DNA of 63,316 bases, the filler included, from Choristocarpus tenellus KU-1152 (taxonomy: Eukaryota; Protista; Phaeophyceae), in the NCBI GenBank assembly GCA_964200185.2. It is 11 parts of 11 records of this genome, joined end to end, with 100 filler letters (N's around TTAATTAATTAA, not from the genome) between each part and the next. Parts side by side here need not be neighbours in the genome. Positions count along the whole stretch, not along the records: positions 1 to 4,360 come from CAXNAD020014926.1; positions 4,461 to 8,351 come from CAXNAD020017326.1; positions 8,452 to 11,244 come from CAXNAD020024699.1; positions 11,345 to 15,266 come from CAXNAD020017126.1; 7 more parts are not named here. One strand, written 5' to 3'. Positions 1 through 12,690 of this stretch are shown here, piece by piece (position 1 is the first letter of the stretch; every line of letters starts with the position of its first letter). A program made the translations under genes and the position numbers. Under the pieces are notes generated by a model. It worked only from the letters and a program-made list of their open reading frames with translations, ran no database searches and was not told the origin of the DNA.

Positions 1-166
1 GAAGTTATACATTATTTGGCCGTTTATAGGAGGTTAAGGGTCGGATGAACCCTTTGCATGGTGTACCACAGATGGTTAGGGTTGGTAATGTGGTATGAAA
101 AAGAGGATGCAAAGGGATGAGAAGGTGTGAACCACCTCAATTGCTTTCGGCAGTTTGATGCCCGAC

Positions 167-406
167 AAATATGTTGGAGTAGGAAAAATATCATAAAAAA
201 CCCCATCGGAAGCCAAGCCCCAAACTGACAACAAACAAAACTCGTACCCTCTAAGATAATTTCACTCACATTATGAAAAGGTGTGTCAGAAGCATAGATA
301 TTGACACTTCCCAAACAAACGCGATGCCCAAAATTCCATCAAAATCGCAACATTGGATTTTGAACCCCAAATGGACGCGACTCTACCCTCTAAGATACGT
401 TGGCTC
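167..406. mobile_element. Rearranged MITE family A: right half forward (167-267) fused to left half reversed (268-406)
   Basis: TACCCTCTAAGATAATTTCACTC ends at 267 and TACCCTCTAAGATACGTTGGCTC ends at 406. The segment is absent from the duplicate at ~1465 (empty site ATGCCCGACTACTTTTAGG). Confidence 0.85.
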
Positions 407-636
407 ACTACGTTTAGGATTAGCGTTGGGTTTAGGGTTGCAAGTGAGATGACAGCGGGACCACTACTGTCGACGGACGGTTTGGAAACAGTTCCAATGC
501 CAGAAAAATAGAGGGTAGGGTGGTGATGATGGTCTAACCTCTATTGACTCGTGCTTTGGAAGCAGTTTGAATAGAGTACTGAATACAGGGAATCGTGTGC
601 TGCGATGTAATTATGTTCACAACCGAGGTGTGTGCA

Positions 637-835
637 GGACAAAACATGAACAACCAAATTTGATATCTTCTGCCGGGTGGCAGAAGATAGCAATTTTGAA
701 CGCATGGACAAAACATGAATAACCCAACTTTATTTCTTTTGCCGACATGGCAATAGGTAGCAATTCTAAACGCATGGGGAAAACATGAATAACCCAATTT
801 CATTTCTTCGCCCAATGGCAGAAGATAGACATTGG
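637..835. repeat. Three diverged ~70-bp tandem units (GGACAAAACATGAA.AACC.AA.TT...)
   Basis: The motif recurs at ~637, ~706 and ~777. Confidence 0.75.
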
Positions 836-3800
836 AAAAGAATGCCGAGCGCGGTTTTAACAGTGGATGCGCACACTTCATACTCACAACTTAAAGGGTT
901 GGACGGTTAGGGTATGGTGCGTCATTAACGCTATCGACTTCGCCTCGATAATATCGGTAACTTCCCATATTTATCATTGCAAGACGCATTTCATATACTT
1001 GCATATATCTGGATTCTGTTCATATGTGCATACGTGCATGGGGGGTTCTCAAATCATTCTTCGATTTACGAACATAATTCTTCTAATGTCGACATAGTTG
1101 GATGTTATTTTATGTTTGGTTCTTTATTCCATTTGTCGTGTATGATCACATTGACAGTGGCAACAGCCGTTATATTACGATACTGACTTGCATGTCCTTA
1201 CTATGATCAAATTACTGTTTTTACGTAATTGGGTTGGCTATTTGTGTAAGGTGTGTATTTCGTACTGTGGGGTGGTTGATTACCAAACGCGAACATGGAC
1301 AGATGAAGTTATACATTATTTGGCCGTTTATAGGAGGTTAAGGGTCGGATGAACCCTTTGCATGGTGTACCACAGATGGTTAGGGTTGGTAATGTGGTAT
1401 GAAAAAGAGGATGCAAAGGGATGAGAAGGTGGAACCACCTCAATTGCTTTCACGAGTTCGATGCCCGACTACTTTTAGGATTAGCGTTGGGTTTGGGGTT
1501 GCAAGTGAGATGACAGCGGGACCACTACTGTCAACGGACGGTTTGGAAACAGTTCCAATGCCAGAAAAATAGAGGGTAGGGTGGTGATGATGGTCTCACC
1601 TCTATTGACTCGTGCTTTGGAAGCAGTTTGAATGGAGTACTGAATACAGGGAATCGTGTGCTGTGATGTAATTATGTTCATGACCGAGGTGTGTGCAGGG
1701 AAGGGGGGATGCACGACCGTAGTGTTCAATACTGCTTAAGGTTTGCATCATGTAATTAATTGCCCTGTTTATGTAAAGCCACCATCACATGGTGGGTCTC
1801 TTCAATTGTATGACCATTATGGTTGCCAAGGGTGAAACCCCCATGTGGTATAAACTTGAGTACAACACCCCTTGTCAATAGTGGTAATACTGCTCGACAA
1901 AATTTAAGGTTAATGTAAAAAAATCGATTTGAATACAGAGGTTTTCAAAGACGTTGACGCAGGTTTCGATGATATGGTCCTCAAAAAATTTATGACAAGC
2001 CTGAAATACTTCATACAGCATACTACAATGCATTAGCCTGCATTGGTTTGTACGGTATTTTGCGGGGGCAAAATAACTTGGGAATGTGTCGAATCGGTGT
2101 TTATCTTGTGGGAGGTGGTCGCATAAATCGATATAGGTTGTGTGGGGGACAATAGAGTGACACATGCCCAACACGGATTACAGAAGTGCATAAACAAGGC
2201 AAATAACAAATAATTTCAAAGAGTTGAGGTGCATTTATGTTGTCCTTGAGATCCGTGCCCATGCGCGAGTCCAGGGCGTCTGGATGTTGGTGGTGAAACG
2301 CTAGACAAATTACCACATGAGGCCGATCAAGTGGAATGATAGCATGCCGTTGGTAATCAAAAATTAGACGTGGGGTTGGCATGGTGTGTGTGTGTGCGAA
2401 TAGGTGTTCCTCATGAAGCATTTGTACGGTCCTGGTTCCATCCACATCTCTATCATTTTGTCAGAACTTAATTTTCCAAAATTAATTGTACGAAAATAAT
2501 AAGAGAGTATAACGGCCTTGCAAGCGGTGCAAGGGGTATATCTACATCGTAGGGTGAAAGGGTTGGATGAGCGTTGGACGGTGTCAGGGTTACATGTAAT
2601 GGACCGCTTGGTTTGTGGCTTCAATTAACTCAAGATGCTCTCCACTGTTTTACCTGCTGAGCGCTACTAAATCGAAAAATCGGAAACCGGCCAAGAGTTT
2701 TTGAACATTTCCTATCCTGCCTATCTGTGAACATGCGTAACGAGAGCAAGGTCTGCACCTCTTCCATCGACTCGAGGTCACGTATAGTGCCAAACGACGT
2801 CCCCAAGCAGGGTCGAATTGACATCGTATATTTTATTCCACGACCATGGTATACTGCTTTCACGAAGACGGGCAAAGTGTTTCCGAGAAGGTCCCTTTCG
2901 GGAATCAATGTTGTACGACCATTTTTAGGGGGTGGTTTTGGTTGTCTACAGTGCAGTAAACATGACATAGTGAATGTGGGGGGCATGGTCTTTTATTGGG
3001 CGTTGAGTGCTTAAGAGTACAAACACAGAACATGCCCTGTACCCATGTCTACGACAAATCTCCAACAAAAGCTTTATATGGTGGATTGGGAGTTCGAATC
3101 CTGATAAACACGTGTCTGTGTCGGGACAAGGGGTTTATGCGATTTGTGGGTGGTCCAGATTTACATCGCGACCGGTGGCATTCTGACCACATAGGGAACC
3201 TAAGGAGATGCACAGTGTGGTCATCATGCGGTGTGGAAAAGTGTTTACAACGTTTATGCTTTTTGCCAAAGTTGCTATAAGTTCAGTTCGAGCTGTTCAT
3301 ACAGAGAGGTACGGTGAAAAAAAAATGTCCGAACGCGTTCCACACCCTGAACGGTTGCTTCAAAGGAAGGGGTGGACCAAGAACGACGGTGTGAGAGCTA
3401 GGACAACTTGGTGGAGGGCCGTTACACATCGGGGCTATACTATATAGCCATGGGATACACCACGGCACACACATGCAGGTGTAAAGGATGCGAGCATGTT
3501 TATGTCGCATCGTTCGTCACAGGCGCTATATTACGATAATATTTAACGAGATTGGTCTTTTGGGAACACGCTCCTTAACACAGAGGGTATGCTTTTCTTG
3601 TACTAAATTCACCTCTTGCTTTCCTTTCGGGGCATGGCAATATTCGTTGATTAGCCCGTGTGTCTTTCCTTTGATGGAGTGAATTACTGCACGGGGTGGG
3701 GACGTTGTGAACCTGAGAGGGGAAACCGGTACAAGGGAGTAGAACATATTTTGTGCGTTGGATCAGGTCTAGAGAGCATGGGTGGTCGTGGATGGGTTAG

Positions 3801-4289
3801 ATCGTTCAGGAAAGGTACGCACCTGGTGTCCTCTCATGAACGAGGTCCTGTCGTCTTTTTCTCTTTTCATACGTTTGGTATTCCGGAGTGTTTGACTTCG
3901 GCGGTTAAGGGACAGTGGCAGACGAGTTAGATCCTCCTACAAGGGATATATATATATATATATATCCACCTCCTAGTGTGGATCTCCTCCGATACCGTTC
4001 TGGAAGAGATTGTCCACGTACCGTACGACGTTACAACTGTCTTGACATCTTCAGAACCACATCCTTTGCCCTTGTCAAGGAAATCGCAGGTACAGGCACA
4101 AGTGCGTTCGTAATCATCACCAACCACCGTCCTCGAGTGTACTTTGTTCCAGTCTTCCCTCAAGCATTGGACCAATAGGTCGCTGGTCATGTGGTGAACG
4201 CAAACGCATGTCCTGCATGATTAGCAGGAGATAAGATAGGGAGGTCCAGCTTGTTTTGTCATGATAGGCGAGGGGTAGAAATTATATAT

Positions 4290-4350
4290 GAGTCGAAGTA
4301 CTTTACAGGGTAGAGCTGCGTCCGTTTGGGGGCCAAAATTTATTGTTGCG
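4290..4350 (+). mobile_element. MITE family A, left end, truncated by contig end
   Basis: GAGTCGAAGTACTTTACAGGGTAGAGCTGCGTCCGTTTGGGGGCCAAAA matches the left TIR and subterminal motif. Confidence 0.8.
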
Positions 4351-4360
4351 TTTTTTTTTT

Positions 4361-4460
4361 NNNNNNNNNNNNNNNNNNNNNNNNNNNNNNNNNNNNNNNN
4401 NNNNTTAATTAATTAANNNNNNNNNNNNNNNNNNNNNNNNNNNNNNNNNNNNNNNNNNNN
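4361..4460. other. Artificial contig linker (N + TTAATTAATTAA + N). Same linker at 8352-8451, 11245-11344, 15267-15366, 20191-20290, 29515-29614, 38923-39022, 43938-44037, 53115-53214, 60169-60268
   Basis: Identical 100-bp structure with a six-frame stop cassette, repeated 10 times. Confidence 0.97.
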
Positions 4461-4602
4461 ATAAATAGATAGCCCTAGGTGGTGCATGCCCACCAGGGAG
4501 GTAGACACAGCCAAAAAACCCCAGTGATGGCGCTTATGCTGAGAATGAATTAGAGATTCCCATTAACCAGATATTGGGGTGTTAGATGAAACTGAAAGTT
4601 GA

Positions 4603-4859
4603 GAGCCAAAGTATCTTAGAGGGTAGAGCCGCGTCCATTTGGGGTTCAAAATCCAATGTTGCGATTTGGGTGTAATTTTGGCTATCTCGTTTGTTAGGAA
4701 GTGTCCTTACCGTTGTTCCCGGAAACACCTTTTCATAATGTACACATTTTACCTACTCCGAGAAATTTTGGAGTAGGAAAATGGCATAAAAAAAACATGG
4801 AAAGCCAAGCCCCAAATGGACAGATGGAAAAACTGGTACCCTCTAAGATACTTTCACTC
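4603..4859 (+). mobile_element. MITE family A, complete copy, 3-bp TSD TGA
   Basis: TIRs GAGCCAAAGTATCTTAGAGGGTA ... TACCCTCTAAGATACTTTCACTC, flanked tga|...|tga. Confidence 0.92.
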
Positions 4860-5899
4860 TGATCGGTTGGCTATTTTTTATTCTTCTACAGTGTTCCATG
4901 TGTATTGGTTTCTGTTCTTATTCGTTGGATAGACAGTCCACTCACCTATGTAATACCCACCTACACCACATTGCCCATTTGGTATTTTCCCCCTTACATG
5001 TTGGGTTTCTTTTCTCAAGTGCCCCTGTTTCTCATTATATATGATACACATCCTTCAACACACAATATTTGATGACGCGACTGACTGTAAAAGAAGGAAG
5101 TTCTTGCAGGTAAAATAAAAATAAGGCGGAATATTTCTTTCCAATATACATACATATATTTATATTTTTACCAACAGTAACATCTCTTAAGTATTGTCAC
5201 TCAGTATTGGTCTGTTGTTGTGAACTGAACAACGGCCACAATGGGTACTTGATAGGGGCATGGACCAGTGATGGGGGGAAGAGGTGAATGAATATGAGCA
5301 GGTGACTGCACAAAACAGATAAAAAAAAAAAAATGACAACGAGATGGTGAAAACGTTACTTGAAATCAGTAGACGATCGACTACCGGTGGCACACCTTTA
5401 ACTACACCTAAACTCTAACATACTAGCAGTATTTCTGGTAACCTGCAACAGACACCATTGCCATCAAATATTCCTGTTGTCTGGGCAACATCACGAACCG
5501 GGAGGTACCCATACACAAAGGAAATATTCCTAATTTGGGCACTAAAAAAACTCGACCCAATAATATGGGCGGCAGGAGGGGGTGTAACACTCCACAACCT
5601 CTCTATCCCTCACCATACTTTACGGTGTGTATTGTTGACCCTTGCTAAGAATAATGTGGAACCCAAATGCAACGCAGTCTTCAACACTGGCCCCATGGAT
5701 AAATATTCAACTGCTGCTCCCTGCCCTGCCTGCATATAGTTCCTCTTCACAATGTATCGGAGTCATTTCCAAGTTATGGCGCCTCATCCATAGTTTCACA
5801 GTAGAGTTATCAATCCCCCCCAGAGCCGGGTTGAGTGTCTGCTGCCTACATACTTGTGGCTGGGAGGACGGCATTGGCTCATCAGGAACTAGCACCCTG

Positions 5900-6740
5900 T
5901 CTGCGATAGAAGTTGTGCAGGCATACACAAGCGTGTACAACATCCCCTGTGTGAGGCAGGGGTACTTTCAGAGGATCCCCCAAGCACGTACAAGCATGCC
6001 AAAAACTTGATCGATAGCGATCCTGACGTTGGATTGGTAATAGTTATAGGCATTGTAGTTAAGTAACAGACCAGTTCCAGGGAAGGGGCAACACCCGATC
6101 AGTGGATGGGTATGCCGCATTGCCCACAATGTAGAACTCTATAGGAATAGTCTGCAACCACTTATCAAGTCTGGTATATTCCCATGCATACCGATCGTTT
6201 GTGCTCGCTGGGGTGTTCATACAGACCGCAATGAAACAATGCTTGGCATCACACACTGCCTGTGATTCTAGAGATGGCCAAATATCGTCAAGAGCAAAGT
6301 TGTCGCGCCTCACTCCAAGTAACAACAGTGCATATGATGCACGAGGGAAAAGGTGGTTGAACCCATGGTTTCGATAGAAAGGTCATTTTACTGCATAGAG
6401 AATCCAAGGCTTCAACTGTACCTAAATGTTCATTCTATAATCTCCATGATGACATGAGAAGTACGCATGGGCGTTGGATGAAATCTCTTGGAAACCCGTT
6501 TGATACGAACGAACAGTCCATCTACAGCACCCGCACATTTAGTCATGGTACCAGTGGTACTTATTCCCTGAATCTATCCGCGAGAGAGTCCAGTTCGTCC
6601 TTCAATGGCAACTTCAACGTGAGCTTCTTCCAATTAACGATTACATGCCCAACCCTCCTCGCCAGGTCATATGCAGTGTTTTTTGCAATGACGGCGGTGT
6701 CCATGAGCTCATACACACTGCAAACAGCCAGTCACTGAAC
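5900..6740 (-). pseudogene. PIF/Harbinger (DDE_Tnp_4-like) transposase pseudogene
   Basis: Minus-strand motifs in the expected order: CAGAVDGLFVRI (~6490-6540), QAVCDAKHCF...PASTND...FYIVGNAAYP (6100-6265) and NYYQSNVRIAIDQVFGMLVRAWGIL* (5970-6050). Frameshifts and stops are present. Confidence 0.85.
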
Positions 6741-7257
6741 TCCACAGGCAAGAGCTCACTTCCCTGGTACAGTCCTGTTCTGGAGGTTCTCCTTACTCTT
6801 CTCGACCTTGAGGTGGTGCAGACGATACAATGCAGAAAACGAAGGAAATTCCATACCGAAACGTGGGCGGAAGGTGTGATCCTGCAGCATAGAGTGGATC
6901 TAAGAATCCCACGGCCGTTTCAAACGTTCAACCATCTTTGCGCGTCTACGTCGACGTGGACCCTCTTGCCCACTACTGTCCATAGCTACCACCAACACTC
7001 CCCACTCATCTTCAATGCAGTTCTCCGCATTGAGACCTGATCATTGGGGGTACTCTCCAACATCGCATTATATTGCACGTGTAGAGTAGCTGAGGGGTGA
7101 GGTAGCCTAACTGCACTGGATCCTTGTTGGATGTGGTATCCAACTTGTGTACGACTTGTTTTGTGTGTATCGTTGTGGTCATTAATATCCTTGTATCTCC
7201 GATTTCTCATTATGAACATGTTTTTTCAATTTTGAGACTTTCTCACTACAACCTACT

Positions 7258-8286
7258 ATGAGGGTGCTCATTACCGCCATTTGCACAGCCGTAGTTGCAA
7301 CTGTCTTCGCAAGCCCGACCCATGCCTTCGGTGGAGGCGTACTATGTTGCTCCGTGAGCCGCATCAGTACCCTTGAACAGCACGAGAGACTAGAGCGTGG
7401 AGGATGGTTCCCACCCAGACATCGATCTCCATTACCCTGCTTGAAGGAACGGCTTCTTTCCTCTCGTGCCCTCTTGACCCAAGGGGGACAAGCGGGTGAT
7501 ACTTCTTACCGTACAGCAACATCCATTAGGTCGCGTGTGTTGGGGTTTGCCAACAAGCGTTTCTTCCTGCTTGGTGCTGCTGTTGCAGTCTCTGTAGCGA
7601 AATTGTTGCCGTGGTTGGGTGCCACTGGTGGACCACTGCGACCGGAATACACAGTAAACAAGGTTGGTGAGTGAGTACATGTCGCCTTCGACTCTGGAAC
7701 GTTGATGGAGCTACTCCTCGAGGTTTAAATATACTCTAGGTAATCGCTGGGAGATTGTCAGTAGTCTCGGCCCCCTCACCCCCGGTTGTTCGCGACACTG
7801 CTCCAGGTATCGCCCTCATCTTCTTTCTTATTGGCCTCTCCATACGCCTGCGGGACCTGGCGAGCGCGGCAGTCAATGTCCGCCTAAACCTCTTCATCTT
7901 CATTTTCTCCCTTGGCGTCTTACCCTTCGTGGGATGGCTGCTTGCGGCGGGTCTCCGAACCGCCGGCTTTCACTCTGCCCTGGCAACTGGTGTGCTGATC
8001 TTGGTGAGAAAAAATGGATTGGGTAGGTAACATAGTTGTAAGACATACGGTTGAAACGAGTGTAAGGTGCGAGGTGAGGTTAAGTTGGAGTTGACCGTTC
8101 TTGCCGTGTCATGAAATCCAGGGATGGTGACAAGGTTTAATATTTTTTGAGTAAGAGCCCACCATGCCCTTGTTTGGTCTCTGGTTGGGTACACACGGAC
8201 AGACTGGGCTTTGCTGATGCAAGGGAGATAGAGAAGATGTATTTTACACAACTAACCTCACATGAATAACAAACAAGACCCTCCCC

Positions 8287-8323
<37 letters not shown>

Positions 8324-8351
8324 ACACACCCCTTTGCGCCCCACAGGCGCT
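7258..8351 (+). CDS. Sodium/bile-acid cotransporter-like (SBF-like, SLC10A7/BASS4 type), 5' part. Exons 7258-7666, 7807-8003, 8347->contig end. Probable signal peptide and plastid transit
   Basis: MRVLITAICTAVVATVFASPTHAF N-terminus. FFLLGAAVAVSVAKLLPWLGATGGPLRPEYTV and IALIFFLIGLSIRLRDL...RLNLFIFIFSLGVLP match the family pattern. GT-AG introns have consistent phases. Confidence 0.8.
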
Positions 8352-8451
8352 NNNNNNNNNNNNNNNNNNNNNNNNNNNNNNNNNNNNNNNNNNNNTTAAT
8401 TAATTAANNNNNNNNNNNNNNNNNNNNNNNNNNNNNNNNNNNNNNNNNNNN

Positions 8452-8589
8452 AAAACATTTTCGGAACTTCAACACTTTCCCTGCGCCTAAACATTTAGAA
8501 GTAGGAAGACGTCATACAAGACCCTTCCGAGGCCAAGCCCCAAATGGACAAAAAGGACAAAATTCGTACCCTCTAAGTTACTTTCACTC
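8452..8589 (+). mobile_element. MITE family A, diverged right end
   Basis: GCCAAGCCCCAAATGGAC...CGTACCCTCTAAGTTACTTTCACTC. Confidence 0.8.
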
Positions 8590-8683
8590 TCCTGTTGTGT
8601 ACGACCCCGGTTGAGGGGGGGTACATATTTTTCGCCATCGTCCGGGAGGTAGGACATAGAGTAAATGTACACCTCTGAAACAT

Positions 8684-11244
8684 CTACGTGAACATCGCTG
8701 ACCTTCCCCTGTACAATTGACCCCCCACTCGCGCGTAGGATGAAGCTGGTTCCTCAACCGAATCTGGCTTCGGGTGTGTCCCCAAGTCTGAGTTGCCTAG
8801 AGAAGCGAGCAGGTATCCCACCAAGCGATTGGCGGTTGGATTCCGAGAGGCGAACCTCTGGTATTGACCAGGCAGGATCCTGAATGTGTTGTCCAGGTGG
8901 TTGTGGTCGATATCTGTGAAGTCTGGGATGATGATAGCCTGAAGGGGCACGAACCAGGGGGCCGGTTGTGCGTCCTGCATCGCCACAAATATGTTCGTTG
9001 CGGGGGCTGTGTTGGTTTGTAGGACTCTTGGAATGTGTTTGCGCGTGATGGCCTGGTTTAGCTGTATGAGGGGTGTTGTTTGTTTGTTTGTTTCTTAGAA
9101 ACACGGATAGTTTTATATGGATGATTGAGGATACACTTAGGCAGCGAAACGAACGTATGGGAGGTGTTTATTCGCCCTACGTAAGTTGTGAAATATTGCT
9201 TGAAAGGTGTCCGCGGCAGTTGCAGGTTGGGAGAACAAAATGACACTGGTTTGGATGCCAGGGTTGGACGTTATGGGGGAGGAATTATATGTTGGTTAGA
9301 GGGGATATGAGGGGATATGTGACATATGCACTGGGACAGCTTGGATTCATTCGTGTGGGGTATTGTTTTGTGTTGGAAGCAATAAGAAGCGTTACCCACC
9401 TTGTCCGTCAGTGACCTGTGGATAGTTGGCACGCCATCAATAAAGCTGGCATTCAGCACCTCGAAGTCTTCAGTGACAAAGACGATCTCATCTCCAGCAC
9501 TGAACATCCCTCCGTAGCTGGAGTGGTGTCTGGCGTTCCATTGAATCGTGCCCTTGCGGTGGACAGTGAACGGCAAGAACTCTTTGCCATTGTACTCCGA
9601 TGGCTGCCTCCGCACAATGCATATGTTCCCCTCGGTAAGCTGTCTCTTCTTCCTGGACAGCTGACTTCTCAGATACATATCACCTGCTCCCGCTTCGGTG
9701 GAAAATTCGAGATCTATTTGCTTGAGTGGGGGCATGTGGATTGGATGCCACCTGCATTGGGCGAGGTTGCCGATGGAACAGTTCGTGCAGTAGCACGACA
9801 GTTCGGTGTATACCAATGAACGGGAGCCGCCGGGTGTGAGCTGACCAGTGAAGAACATGTGCATGGACTTGATTCCATTGAGGTTTGGGACATGTGGGTT
9901 GTGTCGTCCCACACGGTCGATCTTGGAAGACGGAAGGTGGACTATCTCCTGTGTGCGGAACGTGTCGATGTGTAGAAGTTTTGTGTATGTGTTACTGTGC
10001 TGTCTGCCATCCCTGTCCGTCTAATCCTAAGGGTTGTGGCAATTCGGCGTATGAGGGGAGGGGCGGTTAGTGATGGAGGTAGCGTCGGCACCAAGGCATT
10101 GTGTTGTGACCGCTTCTGTGTGATTGAATATTTCCTTTGTATTGATAAGTGATACCTCTATCGCAGTAAGAAATGTTTGGTGACGATGGATGGGAGTGTG
10201 TCATGAAACCCAAAACCTGGAGTTTCCTTTGATTAGTCTTTTCCGACTGGCGGACTAACGAGAAATAGAGTGTCATGGTTGCAAGACCGCATGGACTTTG
10301 AGCGGTCGCTTGACGACCGCTTTATGAGCGACCATACTGTGACTCGTGTTGTCGGCATGAAGGGAAGGCACGGATGTGACATAATGTGTGGACCAAATCT
10401 GTTGTTGCCTTGGTGGAATATATGTGTTAGCAAGGGACTCGTGGGTGTAGAGTGTTGCGAGTTGCAAACAGGTATCAATTGTTGTGATTGGGGAAAATCA
10501 TACACGCGGGAGGGTGATATCTGTCCATGTAGCGTACGCAGTATATGTGGCCGACATTGTAACGTGAAAGGAAACAAAAACTTGGAGTTTAGTATTGGTT
10601 TACCGATTGGCAGACTCATTCAAAATCAAGGTCGGTGGTTGCAAGTGTGCACGGACGATGTGCGGTTCGTGAATAAATGTGTGTGTGTATTTATCATGTG
10701 ATCTATGGTGTCAACGCGAGGGAAGGTGTGGATGTGTCAGGGTTGTCGCCATCAGTGGCAAACAGAGGCGGAATGTTTGGGTGGGGGGGGAGGAGGGTCG
10801 TCGTGTGGAGTGTGCCTACCTTTGTGACGATAGTCTGCCCGGGAGGAACCTTGTGACCTTTGCTATAGCGCCCCTCTTCCTCTGGTGTTGGATCCCTCAA
10901 GGTGTACTGAGTTTTGGTTGCCTTGGTAGTATTCACTAGAGATGAGGTTCCAGGCATGCGCACTCCGTGTAGTTCCAGTCTCCTGGTGGCAGACTTCACC
11001 ACAGCCCCGACTCCATCGGACAAGGTCTTCCAGTGACATAAGGCAAAGAAGTTGTGTATCACGGAAATTCCCATCCGCGCTAAAGACTGTGAAACCCACC
11101 ACATCTGCCATCTGTTCTTGAATTGGCTCCCACAGCCATCAGACCAGATGTGCAGGACCTCTAGAGTCTGTCCGTATTCACTGGCTAGAGGTATTAGGCG
11201 GTCCTTCAAAAGCATCTCCACGGCATTCTGGACGAACTCATTGT
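8684..11244 (-). mobile_element. Spliced Sola2-like DDD transposase, C-terminal part. Exons >11244-10820, 9948-~9400, probable ~8974-8684
   Basis: LHIWSDGCGSQFKNR...HNFFALCHWKTLSDGVGAVVK resembles the SDGxxxQ(F/Y)KN...FFATSHGKxxxDG catalytic region I associate with Sola2. A phase-0 GT-AG intron (10819-9949) joins it in frame to EIVHLPSSKIDR...GIKSMHMF...LSCYCTNC. Confidence 0.7.
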
Positions 11245-11344
11245 NNNNNNNNNNNNNNNNNNNNNNNNNNNNNNNNNNNNNNNNNNNNTTAATTAATTAA
11301 NNNNNNNNNNNNNNNNNNNNNNNNNNNNNNNNNNNNNNNNNNNN

Positions 11345-11480
11345 GGGGATTGGTGTTTGTGAAGGGGTACATGGAAGACATAAGTCAACAAGTACATGAA
11401 GGGGATTGGTGTTTGTGAAGGGGTACATGGAAGACATAAGTCAACAAGTACATGAAGGGGATTGGTGCGGTGAAGGGGTG
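11345..11480. repeat. 56-bp tandem repeat, ~2.4 copies
   Basis: GGGGATTGGTGTTTGTGAAGGGGTACATGGAAGACATAAGTCAACAAGTACATGAA x2 plus a partial copy. Confidence 0.9.
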
Positions 11481-12589
11481 AAGGTTGAACATGAGGCAAG
11501 TGGTAGTTGATGTGTATCAATGTGTGGAGAAGAGGTGAAGGTATGCAAGCGAGAGAGGCGGTATTAAACCGATCAATGTGCAGGTATAGGAAAGAGCTTG
11601 CGGAGTGATTGGTACAGGGTTAGGGTTAGGGTTAGGATGTGTCTAACAGTACAAGAGAAGTTAGGGTTTTAGTTTTCCAATTGCATTGGTTGTACTCTGT
11701 ATGTTGATGTTGATGTGCAGAAGAGGTTGGGTTATATGTGGGATAAGGGTTAGTGTATGTAGAGAGGAATGGAAAAGGTATTGATGCATGGGTGAGGTGG
11801 GTGCTATCGTACATCATACGGGTTGTTCCACAGGAGGTAAGTGTATGAGTGGGATGTGGCTATTTGCAGTTCATGTTTGTCGGTGCACAAATGAGGTGAA
11901 GGCATGCATGGGGTAAGTTGTGGTGAATGTGATTGACTGTGAGTGAGGGATTCAGGTGGGGATAGGATGGGTGCTACCAGGAGTGTGTTGCAGTAGGAAA
12001 GTGTTGACAAATGGAGAGGATGAGAAGTAATTGGGGCAGGTTTCCGCAAAATCGGCGTTAGGGCAGGAAGGGGATGAGTATTAATCTATGTGTGTTGCTG
12101 TAAGTAGGAAGAGAATGTTTTTCAGAGGACATACGTACCTACGCTGTGTATGTTGCGTAGAGGGTGAAGGAGTGGAAAGCTTGTATATTCAAATTCGAAT
12201 TCAAAGTTAGGTGGTGACGACCGGTAAGGGGGATTGGTACAGGTTGAGTGGGGTGGAATTGAAGGGGGTAGTGTAGGTTGTGTATTGGAGTGGATGGTGT
12301 GGTGGAAATGGATGGTGTGAATTCAGTGAGTGCAATGCGACGGTATGAGATGAGTGAGGTGCGATGGAAATGGATAGTGTTTGGTTCCTTAATTGGAATG
12401 AGACGGATTGAGGTGGAATGAGACGGAATGAAATGGATTGAGGTGGAAGTAAAGGACCGTGGTGTAGTGGACGGACCTGCTTTGAACATGGAAGGAGTAT
12501 TAATAGTGCTGTGTTATGTAGATGATGAGTAGGTGGAATGTCAGAATGTGGTGTGGGAACTGCACTAGGCAATGGGTAATCAGTGCATT

Positions 12590-12690
12590 CACTCTAGTGG
12601 ATAACGTTCTAGTGGATAACACTCTATGGGATAACACTCTATGGGATAACACTCTATGGGATAATACTCTAGTGGATAACACTCTATGGG
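12590..12690. repeat. 15-bp minisatellite (GGATAACACTCTATG/AGT), ~6.5 copies
   Basis: Direct reading. Confidence 0.9.

Larger units (their letters stand above)
1..1698. repeat. Local direct duplication: 1-~638 is repeated at 1305-~1698
   Basis: GAAGTTATACATTATTTGGCC starts at 1 and at 1305. The copies align to ...GTGTGCAGG (638/1698). The first copy carries an extra MITE-derived segment at ~167-406. Confidence 0.9.

Noticed and set aside
5900-6740. Harbinger pseudogene as the mobiliser of family A
   Set aside because: The copy is dead, and the observed TSDs are mostly not TWA-like and often 4 bp. Not fully excluded for the 3-bp subset.
8452-8589. Family-A TIR beside the Sola2-like transposase as that element's own terminus
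   Set aside because: The TIR closes an element lying to its left (toward the gap), so it does not enclose the transposase.
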